The notes under the pieces: generated by a model | What the model was told of the DNA's origin: nothing | What the model saw: only the letters and a program-made list of their open reading frames with translations | The model's database searches: none | From: Candidatus Pacearchaeota archaeon | GTDB taxonomy: Archaea; Nanobdellota; Nanobdellia; Pacearchaeales; GW2011-AR1 | Assembly (NCBI GenBank): GCA_023133415.1 | Contig: JAGLWM010000006.1 | Location: 1-51,436 of the forward strand | DNA: 51,436 bases | Direction of reading: 5' to 3' | Position numbers and translations under genes: made by a program | Shown: piece after piece, positions 27,779 to 37,445 of the stretch | Numbering within the stretch: the first letter of the stretch is position 1 | Layout: each line of letters opens with the position of its first letter

Positions 27779-28597
27779 ATGGATAAAAACAAACTAAAAA
27801 TTGGAATTGCATTAGGCTCAGGCGGAGCAAGAGGACTATCTCATATAGGAGTATTAAAAGTGTTAGAAAAAAATAATATTCCTATAGATTATATAGTGGG
27901 GTGCAGTATGGGCGCAATAATTGGAGCCAATTATGCCCTTAATCCCAATATCAAAGAAGAAGAAGAAAAAGTTCTTTCTTTAACAAAAAGAGATTTATTC
28001 AAGTTAGTTGATTTAGTTTTTCCGAAAAAAGCTTTAATTTCTGGAAAGAAGATTAAAAAGTTTATTAAAAAATTAATTAATGATAAATCTTTTTCAGACA
28101 CAAAAATCCCTTTAAGAATTATTGCTACTGATTTAGAATCTGGTAAAGAAGTGAGAATTAGCAAAGGAAAATTGGCAGACGCTGTAAGGGCGAGCATCAG
28201 TACCCCCGGAATATTTTTACCTGTGAGATTTGGTAAAAGATTATTAATTGACGGAGGGCTTGTAAATCCCACTCCTATCGATGTGGTTAAAACAATGGGT
28301 GCAGATATTATAATTGGTGTAGATTTGACTACGCAACCCAAAACAAAATTTAAAAACCCATCCATCGGCGAAACACTAATACAATCATTCAGGGTGCTCA
28401 GAGCACAAACAGTTAAGTCTAATTTATATAATTCTAAAAATACCATCATCATAAAACCTTGCCTTTCAAGTATCGATTCTTATAAATTTTATAATGCACA
28501 AAAATTTATAGAGGAAGGAGAAAGAGCTACAAAAAAAGCTTTACCCAAAATTAAGAAATTAATAAAAGAGAATTCAAAAAATAAAATATTGAAATAA
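27779..28597 (+). CDS. Patatin-like phospholipase/esterase (RssA-like)
   Basis: GSGGARG, GCSMG (GxSxG), DGG. Confidence 0.93.
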   Translation: MDKNKLKIGIALGSGGARGLSHIGVLKVLEKNNIPIDYIVGCSMGAIIGANYALNPNIKEEEEKVLSLTKRDLFKLVDLVFPKKALISGKKIKKFIKKLINDKSFSDTKIPLRIIATDLESGKEVRISKGKLADAVRASISTPGIFLPVRFGKRLLIDGGLVNPTPIDVVKTMGADIIIGVDLTTQPKTKFKNPSIGETLIQSFRVLRAQTVKSNLYNSKNTIIIKPCLSSIDSYKFYNAQKFIEEGERATKKALPKIKKLIKENSKNKILK

Positions 28598-28598
28598 A

Positions 28599-28844
28599 TC
28601 ACCGTTGCGCCTTTCTAAATTTCACAACCGTCAAAACATATCCCAGCAACTTAAACCCATATTTCGCCCCCAACTTCCCAACCAACTCCTCACCAATCCG
28701 TCTAGCCTCTTCCTTATCACGACAAGCCGACTTCAAAATCGAAATCTTCAAAACCTTTTCATTCTCAAAAATCTGCCGAACCTGTCCAACAAACGCATCA
28801 CTAAGTCCTGCCTTCCCAAGCTGCAATTGTTTCATTGGTCTCAT
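28599..28844 (-). CDS. YhbY/CRM RNA-binding protein
   Basis: QLGKAGLS..VLKISIL..LGYVL. Confidence 0.8.
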   Translation of the reverse strand: MRPMKQLQLGKAGLSDAFVGQVRQIFENEKVLKISILKSACRDKEEARRIGEELVGKLGAKYGFKLLGYVLTVVKFRKAQR

Positions 28845-29242
28845 TCTCCTAATGCAATCCCCTCACTTCTTAAAACTTTCTCAAACTTCAAAATATCCTC
28901 ACTCTTTACCCTCATCTTATCCTGTTTCTTAACACTCCAACTCCCCTCCTTCGCCCGCTTATCTTTCACCATATCCTTCCGCAAAAAAACATTCACAACA
29001 ACATCCCTCTTCGAGTTTCTCCAATCCTGAGAAAACTTTGCACAAAAAACCGCAGCCTCCTTAATATCGCTCTTAGAAGCCGAACTTCCAACATTCACAA
29101 ACGGACTTCCCGGCGCAGACGTATGCAACAAAACATCGCTAGGCTTCGCGGCCCAAACCAATTCATCATTATTTTCGGAATTCTTCCCACCCAAAACACG
29201 CAATCCAGAACTTGTCACAAATTCCCTGAAATTTACCATCAT
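28841..29242 (-). CDS. NFACT RNA-binding (DUF814) domain protein
   Basis: GGKNSENNDEL..LHTSAPGSPF..EAAVFCAKFSQDW. Confidence 0.85.
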   Translation of the reverse strand: MMVNFREFVTSSGLRVLGGKNSENNDELVWAAKPSDVLLHTSAPGSPFVNVGSSASKSDIKEAAVFCAKFSQDWRNSKRDVVVNVFLRKDMVKDKRAKEGSWSVKKQDKMRVKSEDILKFEKVLRSEGIALGE

Positions 29243-29275
29243 AAAACAAAGAATATAGACTTTAAAAAATGTAGC

Positions 29276-29596
29276 TTAATCCGTCGAAGTCAGTTCTAAC
29301 CTGCCACGATTTCTCAACATATAGTCGGCAACCGCCACAGTAAAGCAGCCCTGAACCGGAATTCCCTCTGCATAATCCAGACCAGCCTCTCTAAAAAACT
29401 CCCTATCATACCCCATAGTCATAGGCAACATAGTTCCAATATCACTAGCCCATTCCGGCAACTCCGAATTTGCCCTCTCAAGAATAGAATCCCAATTTTG
29501 TTGCATATTCAAAACCCTTTGGACATTTCGAGCTATTCCAACATAATCATCAAAATCAAACCCAAGCCGCACAACTTCAATAGGAATAGAATTCAT
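29276..29596 (-). CDS. Hypothetical protein
   Basis: ORF in operon context; no motif recognised. Confidence 0.55.
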   Translation of the reverse strand: MNSIPIEVVRLGFDFDDYVGIARNVQRVLNMQQNWDSILERANSELPEWASDIGTMLPMTMGYDREFFREAGLDYAEGIPVQGCFTVAVADYMLRNRGRLELTSTD

Positions 29597-29597
29597 C

Positions 29598-30020
29598 TCA
29601 CAAAACCTCCACAATCTTAATCTTAAAAACCAAAACCTTCCCAGCCATAGGATGATTCATATCAATCGTTACTTCCTTCTCATCAATCTTCGTAATCTTC
29701 GCCGGAATCTGTTGCCCATTCGGTAACGGCACCCCAATCATCATCCCTTCCTTCGCCCCTGCCGGAAACTTATCTTTCGGAACCTTCTGAATAGCCCGCT
29801 CATCCGGCATTCCATAAGCCTCTTTGGGTTTAAGTGTAACTTCTTTCTCCTCACCGACTTCCATCCCAATAACAGCCGCATCAAAACCAGAAACAACCAT
29901 TCCGGCTCCAACTTCAAACTCTAAGGGTTGCCCATGCCTATCACTCGCATCAAAAACCTCGCCAGACTCAAAACTTCCACTATACTCAACCTTAATCCGA
30001 TCTCCAGTTTTGATTTTCAT
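29598..30020 (-). CDS. FKBP-type peptidyl-prolyl isomerase (SlyD-like)
   Basis: GEVFDAS, PLEFEVG, EAYG, DMNHPMAGKVL. Confidence 0.93.
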   Translation of the reverse strand: MKIKTGDRIKVEYSGSFESGEVFDASDRHGQPLEFEVGAGMVVSGFDAAVIGMEVGEEKEVTLKPKEAYGMPDERAIQKVPKDKFPAGAKEGMMIGVPLPNGQQIPAKITKIDEKEVTIDMNHPMAGKVLVFKIKIVEVL

Positions 30021-30166
30021 ATAAAACACCACAAACCTCCCTTTTTAAGATTTACTAAATGTAAAACTTTAAATATTAATCATAAAATAGCAACAACATG
30101 GAAAGTAAATCACCAGAAAAAGAATTCTAATTTCTTTATTTATACAAATTACATAATATTCCTTTT

Positions 30167-30778
30167 CTAAAACTCACTCTCTTCCGTCGCCCTCTTCTTC
30201 TCCATCTCCTTAATCCTCCTCAAAGCCGCCCTCACATTCTTATTCAACTGAACCATTGAATCATCCAACTGCGCTTTATTCTTCGTCCCCGTACAAACCA
30301 GCTTCCCATTACTAAAAAGCAAAAAAGTAGCAGTAGGATCTTCCAACTTGTAAACCAATCCAGGAAACTGCTCCGGCTCATATTCAGTATTTTCCAATTC
30401 CAATGACAACGTATTCAAATTCAAATCCAAATCAATCGCCCCACTCGCAACAATATTCTGCACCGTAATCTTCGGCTTAATCTTTACATTCACTCCAATC
30501 TTCCTCAATTGCTTAATCACCTGCTGCACAACATTCCTAACCTGTGCAACCGATTTCGTCCCCGTACAAACCAAATTCCCAGAACTAAAAACCAAAACCG
30601 CACTCTTAGGCTCCTTAACTCTCAAAACCAAACCAGGAAAAGTATCCGGATTATACTCCGTATTCGGCTGCGTCCGAGCCAACTTCGTCAGACTAACTTC
30701 CTTCTCAAGCGAAGTTGTCGCAACAATATTCTGCACCTTCAATTGCGTCTTTTTAGAAACCTTTTTTGCCACTGCCAT
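30167..30778 (-). CDS. tbp: TATA-box binding protein
   Basis: Two repeats QNIVA..EYxPxxFPGLV..LxFSxGxLVCTG. Confidence 0.98.
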   Translation of the reverse strand: MAVAKKVSKKTQLKVQNIVATTSLEKEVSLTKLARTQPNTEYNPDTFPGLVLRVKEPKSAVLVFSSGNLVCTGTKSVAQVRNVVQQVIKQLRKIGVNVKIKPKITVQNIVASGAIDLDLNLNTLSLELENTEYEPEQFPGLVYKLEDPTATFLLFSNGKLVCTGTKNKAQLDDSMVQLNKNVRAALRRIKEMEKKRATEESEF

Positions 30779-30833
30779 AAAAGAATATAACGATTTTCCT
30801 TTATAAAGGCTTTGATTGTGCCGACGAGCAAAT

Positions 30834-31367
30834 TTATCTTCCTAATTCAAATTCCTTACAAATTCCCCATCTACCACTTTTATTTTGGAAAATGGCAATA
30901 CTATCAAATTCAAATTCAAAATAAGGCTTTTCACTAGAAAGAAATTTCATAATATTTTCAAATTGCCAATCATTTTTTGCCCTTGCTAAAGTACTATGAA
31001 AATTATCCTCGATTAAATCATATTTATCAAACTCTATCCAGCTAATTTTTTTTAATTCATTATTTAGTCCTCTAAAAGTCTGCAATGCTTCAGGAGAAAA
31101 ACCACCTTTCAAATAAATAACCCTTCTATGAAAATTACCAATACCATCAATTTTAATACGAGACCTTTTTTCTTTAAGAGAAAATTTCTTAAGCAATTTT
31201 TTAATAGAATCAATATGTTTTGCCTCAAAAGGAGCTTTCAACGTAAAATGCGCAGGGATATGTTCATTTAAATTTCTAACACCAAAATTCTTCGAAATTT
31301 TATCTATCAATTTCTCCTGATATTTTTTAACATCCCCCTTAATTAAACATCCAATAAAATATTTCAT
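30834..31367 (-). CDS. 2H phosphoesterase (2'-5' RNA ligase family)
   Basis: Two HxT motifs (HFTL, HSTL). Confidence 0.85.
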   Translation of the reverse strand: MKYFIGCLIKGDVKKYQEKLIDKISKNFGVRNLNEHIPAHFTLKAPFEAKHIDSIKKLLKKFSLKEKRSRIKIDGIGNFHRRVIYLKGGFSPEALQTFRGLNNELKKISWIEFDKYDLIEDNFHSTLARAKNDWQFENIMKFLSSEKPYFEFEFDSIAIFQNKSGRWGICKEFELGR

Positions 31368-33061
31368 GAGCCAGCTTCCTTCTCAACTTCTCCAACCGTC
31401 GCAATATCTCCAACCCCACGATCTGGCCTCAATCTCAAAATCCGCGGAAATCTCAACGCAAACCCACTCAAATTCGTCGGACTTCTCTGCACATTCTGAA
31501 ACTGCACCGAAATAATAACCTCTGGCTTAACATTGACATGCCTCCCCTCGACCTTCAAAACCAACTTCTCTAAAATATCCGTCATCTCCCCAAAACTAAG
31601 CCCCTCATCCTGCAACTCCTTCAAACCCGTAGAAACCTTACCAATACTAAGTAGCTTTCCCTCGACCTCCGATTCCCGACACGCAATATCAAAACTAGTC
31701 AACCACCCAGCCCTTTTTCCCGTCCCCCACTCAGCCCCGGTAATCACCAAATCAAAATCCGCATCCTCCGGCTTCAACTTCACAGCATGCCCGATCCGAG
31801 CCCCAGGTTTATACGGCGCGTCAAGTCGCTTCCCCATCAATCCCTCCTGATTATCATCCAAAGCCTCATCATAAAACCTCTCAACCTCATCACTATCCGA
31901 AGTCACAATCTGCTTCGCCAAAACAATCTTCTTATCTTCCTCCCTAACAATCCTCTCAACCGTCTTCCGCCTCTCCTTAAAAGCTGTTTCAATCAAACTA
32001 TTTCCATCCAAATAAACAACATCGAAAACAACCAACTCAACTGGTAACTCCTGCCTCATCTCACTAATCCCATACTTCCTCCGAATCCTCTGACTAATTG
32101 CCTGAAAATCCGTATACTCGCCCGTCTTAGCATCAAACCCAACCGCTTCACAATCCAAAATAAAATTCTCCCCTCTAACATGACTTTCAACATATTCAAC
32201 AATCTCCGGAAACTGCTTCGTAACATTTTCCAAAGCCCGAGTAAAAATTTTAACCTCACCACTCTCCGCCTTATTCACCATTACCCGAAACCCATCATAC
32301 TTATACTCAAACGCAGCCGGCCGACCAACAATCCGAAACGCATCCTCAACATCCTTTGCCTTCGGAAATAACATAACCTTCAACGGCTTTCCCGGCAAAA
32401 GCTTAATTTTCTCCAACTCATTACTACAAGCCCTCTCAAAAACCTCTCTCATATCAGTCGCCTTATCATACGCCTCTTGCACAGCCTTAACACAAACCTT
32501 CTTATCCTCCAAATCCTTCGGCTCAAAACAATACATCACAATCGCATCCCTCAAAATCCCAGTTCCAACCCCAACCTTCAAATCCCCAAGAACAGTCCGC
32601 ACAACATACTTCGCCTCCGCAGCCGACGCCGAATGCAACAAATCAACAACATAACCAATCTTCAAATCAACAGTCCCCTTTCCCTCCAACTCCGGCAACT
32701 TCCGCAAATTCTCCAACACCTTTTCAACACTAAGCCTCTCCTCAAACAAACCCTTCTGTTTCTTCTTCCCGCCCAAAACTTTCTCAGCAACAGATCCCAA
32801 ATCCCCAAGCTCCTTAAACTCGTCCACAACTTTCGCCTCCGAAATCCCAGCCGCCCGCGAAATCGCTTTAATTATCAACTGATGTGAAACCCCAAGCTCC
32901 CGATTATCATAATCCGCAAATAACTTCCCACGCAACAAATAAATAAACTCAGGATTACTACGAATCTCCCCCAAAAATCTCGCCAAAATATCTGTCTTTT
33001 CAAGTCCCTTACTCGTTCCCTCAAGCGCAGTATAAACCTCACAAATCCTCGAATAATCCAT
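31364..33061 (-). CDS. lig: ATP-dependent DNA ligase
   Basis: EYKYDGFR, EGLMGK, LRFPR; start placed at ATG 33061. Confidence 0.97.
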   Translation of the reverse strand: MDYSRICEVYTALEGTSKGLEKTDILARFLGEIRSNPEFIYLLRGKLFADYDNRELGVSHQLIIKAISRAAGISEAKVVDEFKELGDLGSVAEKVLGGKKKQKGLFEERLSVEKVLENLRKLPELEGKGTVDLKIGYVVDLLHSASAAEAKYVVRTVLGDLKVGVGTGILRDAIVMYCFEPKDLEDKKVCVKAVQEAYDKATDMREVFERACSNELEKIKLLPGKPLKVMLFPKAKDVEDAFRIVGRPAAFEYKYDGFRVMVNKAESGEVKIFTRALENVTKQFPEIVEYVESHVRGENFILDCEAVGFDAKTGEYTDFQAISQRIRRKYGISEMRQELPVELVVFDVVYLDGNSLIETAFKERRKTVERIVREEDKKIVLAKQIVTSDSDEVERFYDEALDDNQEGLMGKRLDAPYKPGARIGHAVKLKPEDADFDLVITGAEWGTGKRAGWLTSFDIACRESEVEGKLLSIGKVSTGLKELQDEGLSFGEMTDILEKLVLKVEGRHVNVKPEVIISVQFQNVQRSPTNLSGFALRFPRILRLRPDRGVGDIATVGEVEKEAGS

Positions 33062-33132
33062 CAGCAAAAAACTTTAGTTTTTTGATCCGCGAGAACCCTG
33101 TCATTGCATAATCTAAAACATCTTTTCTCCAT
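33061..33132 (-). other. 23-codon upstream ORF overlapping the lig start (TGATG)
   Basis: MEKRCFRLCNDRVLADQKTKVFC*; 33085-33137 is 47/53 identical to 46468-46520. Confidence 0.55.
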
Positions 33133-33544
33133 TTTATATGCGACAAAAGAATTAAATTTATTTAAACCTTCGTTAAAACTGTGTTTTTATTTGTTATTTT
33201 ATCTGGATTGTTAGTTTAATATTCATTATACACATGAATTACATTGTTATTCCCTACACTTTGAATATTATTATTTCCAATAATGTTTCGTTCAAAAGAG
33301 GGTTCATCAGAGATTGACTCAAGAATTAATCCCACGAATAAAGGTAATATAATTCCCGTTAAGACCACATAGTAAATCTTTTTTTCTTCATCAATTTATA
33401 GATTAGATAAATCTTTATATAAATCTTTTTAATTTCTGGACTAAAGCACAACTCTAACCGCGATTTAACGGTTTCGCTCGGTTGCACCTCGCTCCACCCA
33501 AATCACTCCCTTTAATCGTGACTTCTCCAAGCCCAATATCAACT

Positions 33545-34378
33545 TCAACTTTTCCAAAAAGCCCAATTAAAATGTGGCACACTCAACTTAGACAAAAATA
33601 TAGACACAACATAAATAGAAGATATTATCAAAACAATTATTGGCCCAGTCGCAAAGTTAAGATAATAAGAAATACATAATCCAGTAATAGCCGCAAACAA
33701 AGTAATCATCGAAGCAGTTATCATAATTTTTTTAACAGTTTTATGAAATAGCTGAGCAGTTGCAGCAGGAATAGTCAAAATAGCTATCATCAAAACAACA
33801 CCAACAACTCTAATAGTCGCAACAATTGTCAATGCTATCAATCCGAATAAAATAACATTTACAATGGTAATAGGTATATTCCTTGTTTCAGAATGCTCCT
33901 CATCAAATAGAACTGAAAGAAATGAATTATACATTAAAAATACAATAGCCAAAATCACAATATCCAACACCCCAATCATTATAATATCCATCTTTGAAAC
34001 AAGTAGAATATTTCCAAACAAATAAGTAAACAGGTCTGTTGCATAACCAGGAGTCAAAAAGATAAACACCAATCCTATAGCCATCCCCGTTGCCCATAAA
34101 AAGCTAAGCAAAGTATCAAGCCTATTGCCAGCCTTTTTCTTGAAAATAGCAATGGTCATGGCAGAAACCAAACTGAATACCACTCCGCCAATAAGAGGAT
34201 TTGCATTCAGAAAATAGCTTATCCCCAATCCTCCAAACGCAGCATGGGCTATACTTCCCGAGATTAAAGACATCCTTTTTACTACAATATAAGTTCCAAT
34301 TATCCCTGCCGCAAGTGATGCAAATATTGCAACAATCAGAGCATTCTGGAAAAATTGATATTGTAAAGCCTCAATCAT
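33545..34378 (-). CDS. znuB: Zn/Mn ABC transporter permease
   Basis: SIAHAAFGG, YLFGNIL, IRVVGVVL..IPAA. Confidence 0.9.
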   Translation of the reverse strand: MIEALQYQFFQNALIVAIFASLAAGIIGTYIVVKRMSLISGSIAHAAFGGLGISYFLNANPLIGGVVFSLVSAMTIAIFKKKAGNRLDTLLSFLWATGMAIGLVFIFLTPGYATDLFTYLFGNILLVSKMDIIMIGVLDIVILAIVFLMYNSFLSVLFDEEHSETRNIPITIVNVILFGLIALTIVATIRVVGVVLMIAILTIPAATAQLFHKTVKKIMITASMITLFAAITGLCISYYLNFATGPIIVLIISSIYVVSIFLSKLSVPHFNWAFWKS

Positions 34379-35075
34379 GGGATATTTCCTTCATCTTGAT
34401 TTTACCCACATCATGATACCTGATTGTATGAGTATCACATTTATTGACACAGACAATCTCTTTAGCATATTTAGAAAGCATCTCTAAATTATGGTCAACA
34501 ATGACAATCGCAATTTTTTTATTTAATTTTTTCAAAATCTCATAGAACTCTTCCTGAATATGTATATCAAGATTTAACATTGGCTCATCTAGCAAAAGAA
34601 TTTTAGGGTCATTAGCCAACGCTCTCGCAACAAATACTCTCTGCTTTTCCCCACCCGAAAGCTCATTAAGTTTCTTATCCCTTAAATTCCAAATTCCCAA
34701 GCTCTTAAGTGCTTTTTCAGCTGCCTGCCTATCTTGTTTACTGTATCGCTTAAATAACTTTTTTCCTACTCTGCTTAGCATTACAATTTCAAGTGCCGTT
34801 ATCGGAAAATCAAAATCAATATCCTTAAATTGAGAAAGATAGCCTATTGGTTCCCTACCCACTCTAGGCGTATCTCCAAAAACAGATATTTTTCCTTTTT
34901 TCGGATTTAATAATCCAAGAATAAGCTTCAAAAGAGTTGTTTTACCACCACCATTAGGACCTATTATTCCCAAAAAATCATCTTCATATATTGAAAGATT
35001 AATATTTTTAAGAAATTCCTCGTTGGTGTAGCTGAATGATACATCCTCTAATTTGATTATCTCTTTTCTTTTCAT
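34371..35075 (-). CDS. znuC: Zn/Mn ABC transporter ATPase
   Basis: GPNGGGKT, LSGGEKQR, LLLDEP. Confidence 0.9.
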   Translation of the reverse strand: MKRKEIIKLEDVSFSYTNEEFLKNINLSIYEDDFLGIIGPNGGGKTTLLKLILGLLNPKKGKISVFGDTPRVGREPIGYLSQFKDIDFDFPITALEIVMLSRVGKKLFKRYSKQDRQAAEKALKSLGIWNLRDKKLNELSGGEKQRVFVARALANDPKILLLDEPMLNLDIHIQEEFYEILKKLNKKIAIVIVDHNLEMLSKYAKEIVCVNKCDTHTIRYHDVGKIKMKEISHD

Positions 35076-35093
35076 ACCAATCAACAAATGCAA

Positions 35094-35969
35094 TTATTTA
35101 TTTAAATGTTCTGTAATAGTCGTCGCTATATTTCTAAGATTATTTACATAATCATCAGACAGAGGATTTATGGGAACAACTACAGCATCAAGCTCATCTG
35201 CAATAGACTCAGCAATTGCCCTATTGAATTGTGACTGGATAAAAATAACCCTAATATTTTCTTCCCTTGCCGCATCTATCAAATACTGCAACTGCTTTAC
35301 TGTTGGCTCTTTCCCGTCATGCTCTATCGCTATCTGCTCTAAACCATATTCATCTGTAAAATAACCCCATGCAGGATGGAACACCATAAGCTTATCCGTC
35401 TTTAATTCTCTAAACTTTAATTCCAATTCATCATGCAAGTCATCCATTTCTTTTTTGAAATCCTCTGCATTTTTCATATACTCATCAGTATTTCCTGGGT
35501 CAATTTCTGAAAGTGATTCCGCAATTATGTCGACCTGTTTTTTAACCTGCATTGGAGAAAGCCACACATGTGGGTCAACGGCTTCTCCAAAGTATCTTAA
35601 CTCCACGTTTACCGAAGTATCTATTATCTCCAAGTTTGGATTCAGACTTGCAAATTTATCAGCATGAGACTTCTCAAATGGAATATATCCAACTCTAAAG
35701 TAAATATCAGCTTTTTCCACATTTACCAAGTCGCTTGGTTTAGGTTCATACGTTGCAGGACTTCCACCAGGAGGAATCAATTCCTTCACATTTACATGCT
35801 CGCCACCAACTGCCTTTACAAAAGCCTTTTGCGGTAGAATACTAACAATTACATCTAATTTATCCTGATTTCGAGTTACAACTTCCTTTTGATAACCAGC
35901 TAAAAACACAGCTAAGATTAGAATCGCAATAATTATTATTGAATATTTTATTTTCACGAATATCACCAC
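35094..35969 (-). CDS. znuA: Zn/Mn ABC transporter substrate-binding protein
   Basis: SPATYEP, DPHVWL, FHPAWGYF, GKEP. Confidence 0.88.
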   Translation of the reverse strand: MVIFVKIKYSIIIIAILILAVFLAGYQKEVVTRNQDKLDVIVSILPQKAFVKAVGGEHVNVKELIPPGGSPATYEPKPSDLVNVEKADIYFRVGYIPFEKSHADKFASLNPNLEIIDTSVNVELRYFGEAVDPHVWLSPMQVKKQVDIIAESLSEIDPGNTDEYMKNAEDFKKEMDDLHDELELKFRELKTDKLMVFHPAWGYFTDEYGLEQIAIEHDGKEPTVKQLQYLIDAAREENIRVIFIQSQFNRAIAESIADELDAVVVPINPLSDDYVNNLRNIATTITEHLNK

Positions 35970-36105
35970 AGATAATAAACAATTGCAATATTTATAATTA
36001 TTACTGATTTCTACTTTCAGTCGTCGTAAAACTTAACAAGAATTTAAAAAAAATCCCTGCAGGATTTTATCCAAATTTGATTTAGCTCAACTTCTTTAAA
36101 CCTTA

Positions 36106-36675
36106 TTATTTGATGGCTGGTGAAACAATTTCATAGAATAATTTCTCTACTGTATCCATCTCTTTATGAGTATCAACTGTAAACCGAACTTGATATAAAC
36201 CATTTTTTTTATCTATTGATATATCTCTATTTCTAACAAAAGGTAACTGTTTATAAAAACACTCTCCAATTAATGGGATATATTCGGCTTGTTTATATGC
36301 ATTCATTCTATCGATTTCTTCATTAGCAATAGTTTCAATATCCCATTTACCCATTTCTTGATGGTACCTTACTTTTGGAGAGTTAGCAACTATTAAATCA
36401 TCAGATTGGAAATCTTCAATATCTTGTTTAAATCTATCAATAACATTTTGTAATTGTTTTACTAAATCTCCTTCTTTATTTTTTTCAGGTATTGAAACCC
36501 AATAGTCAAGTTCATCATAATGAAAATCCCCACCTAGCTGAATACCTTTTTCATAATTACGAGCAAATAACCCATAAATATTAAGTGATTTAAAGCCAAC
36601 AGAGATTATTCTTCTATATATCTCCATAACATTTCTAAAGTTAATTCTTCCTTCAAATTCAAATTCTTTATCCAT
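36106..36675 (-). CDS. Hypothetical protein
   Basis: 189-aa AT-rich ORF. Confidence 0.65.
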   Translation of the reverse strand: MDKEFEFEGRINFRNVMEIYRRIISVGFKSLNIYGLFARNYEKGIQLGGDFHYDELDYWVSIPEKNKEGDLVKQLQNVIDRFKQDIEDFQSDDLIVANSPKVRYHQEMGKWDIETIANEEIDRMNAYKQAEYIPLIGECFYKQLPFVRNRDISIDKKNGLYQVRFTVDTHKEMDTVEKLFYEIVSPAIK

Positions 36676-36841
36676 TATTAACTTTAGAATAATAACTACT
36701 TATATAATTTTCTCCTGCCCTCTATGTCATCTGTGTTTCCGCTACCTCCGCTCAAATTGTTCCCAGCATATAATCCAAATACCATATTCTCCAACATCCA
36801 ACATCCCAAACCTTTATAAAAAAATCAATCTTAAACCATCC

Positions 36842-37165
36842 ATGGAACTAGACGTAACAGATACAAACTTCCAAAAAGAAGTAATAGAAAAATCAAACGA
36901 AATCCCAGTCCTAGTCGACTTCTGGGCAACCTGGTGCGGACCCTGTGTGATGTTAAAACCAACACTTCAAAAAATTGCAAAAGAATACGAAGGCAAATTC
37001 ATTCTAGCAAAAGCCGCAACAGACGATAATTCTGACGCAGCATCCAAATTTGGAATAATGTCAATTCCAGCAGTAAAGCTTTTCAAAAACGGAAAAGTCG
37101 TAGACGAATTCGTCGGCGCACAACCAGAAGCCACAATCAAGCAGTGGCTAAACCAAAAATTATAA
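36842..37165 (+). CDS. trxA: Thioredoxin
   Basis: VDFWATWCGPC, SIP. Confidence 0.96.
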   Translation: MELDVTDTNFQKEVIEKSNEIPVLVDFWATWCGPCVMLKPTLQKIAKEYEGKFILAKAATDDNSDAASKFGIMSIPAVKLFKNGKVVDEFVGAQPEATIKQWLNQKL

Positions 37166-37225
37166 TTATTTTTAAAATTTAATCGAAATTCGCATCATCC
37201 AAAGCATAAAGCGATTAGCACATCT

Positions 37226-37423
37226 TTATTTCCTCGGCATAATAATCCACATAATCAAATACCCAAAAAACCCAATCCCAAAACTAAAAATCGTTATCAG
37301 AACCCAAAATAATCTTACCAACGTCGGATCAATCTCAAAATATTCAGCAATACCAGCACAAACTCCACCAATCATCGAGTCCCTCTCCGCCGCCCGATAC
37401 AACCGCTTAATCTTCCTAGCCAT
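37226..37423 (-). CDS. PspC domain protein
   Basis: RLYR..MIGGVCAGIAEYFEIDPTLVRL..YLIMWIIMP. Confidence 0.92.
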   Translation of the reverse strand: MARKIKRLYRAAERDSMIGGVCAGIAEYFEIDPTLVRLFWVLITIFSFGIGFFGYLIMWIIMPRK

Positions 37424-37445
37424 GATAATGACATACAAATGCCTT

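Noticed and set aside
33216-33395. Small - strand TM-like reading frame (KKIYYVVLTGIILPLF..)
   Set aside because: No in-frame ATG without assuming a homopolymer frameshift; too weak to call.
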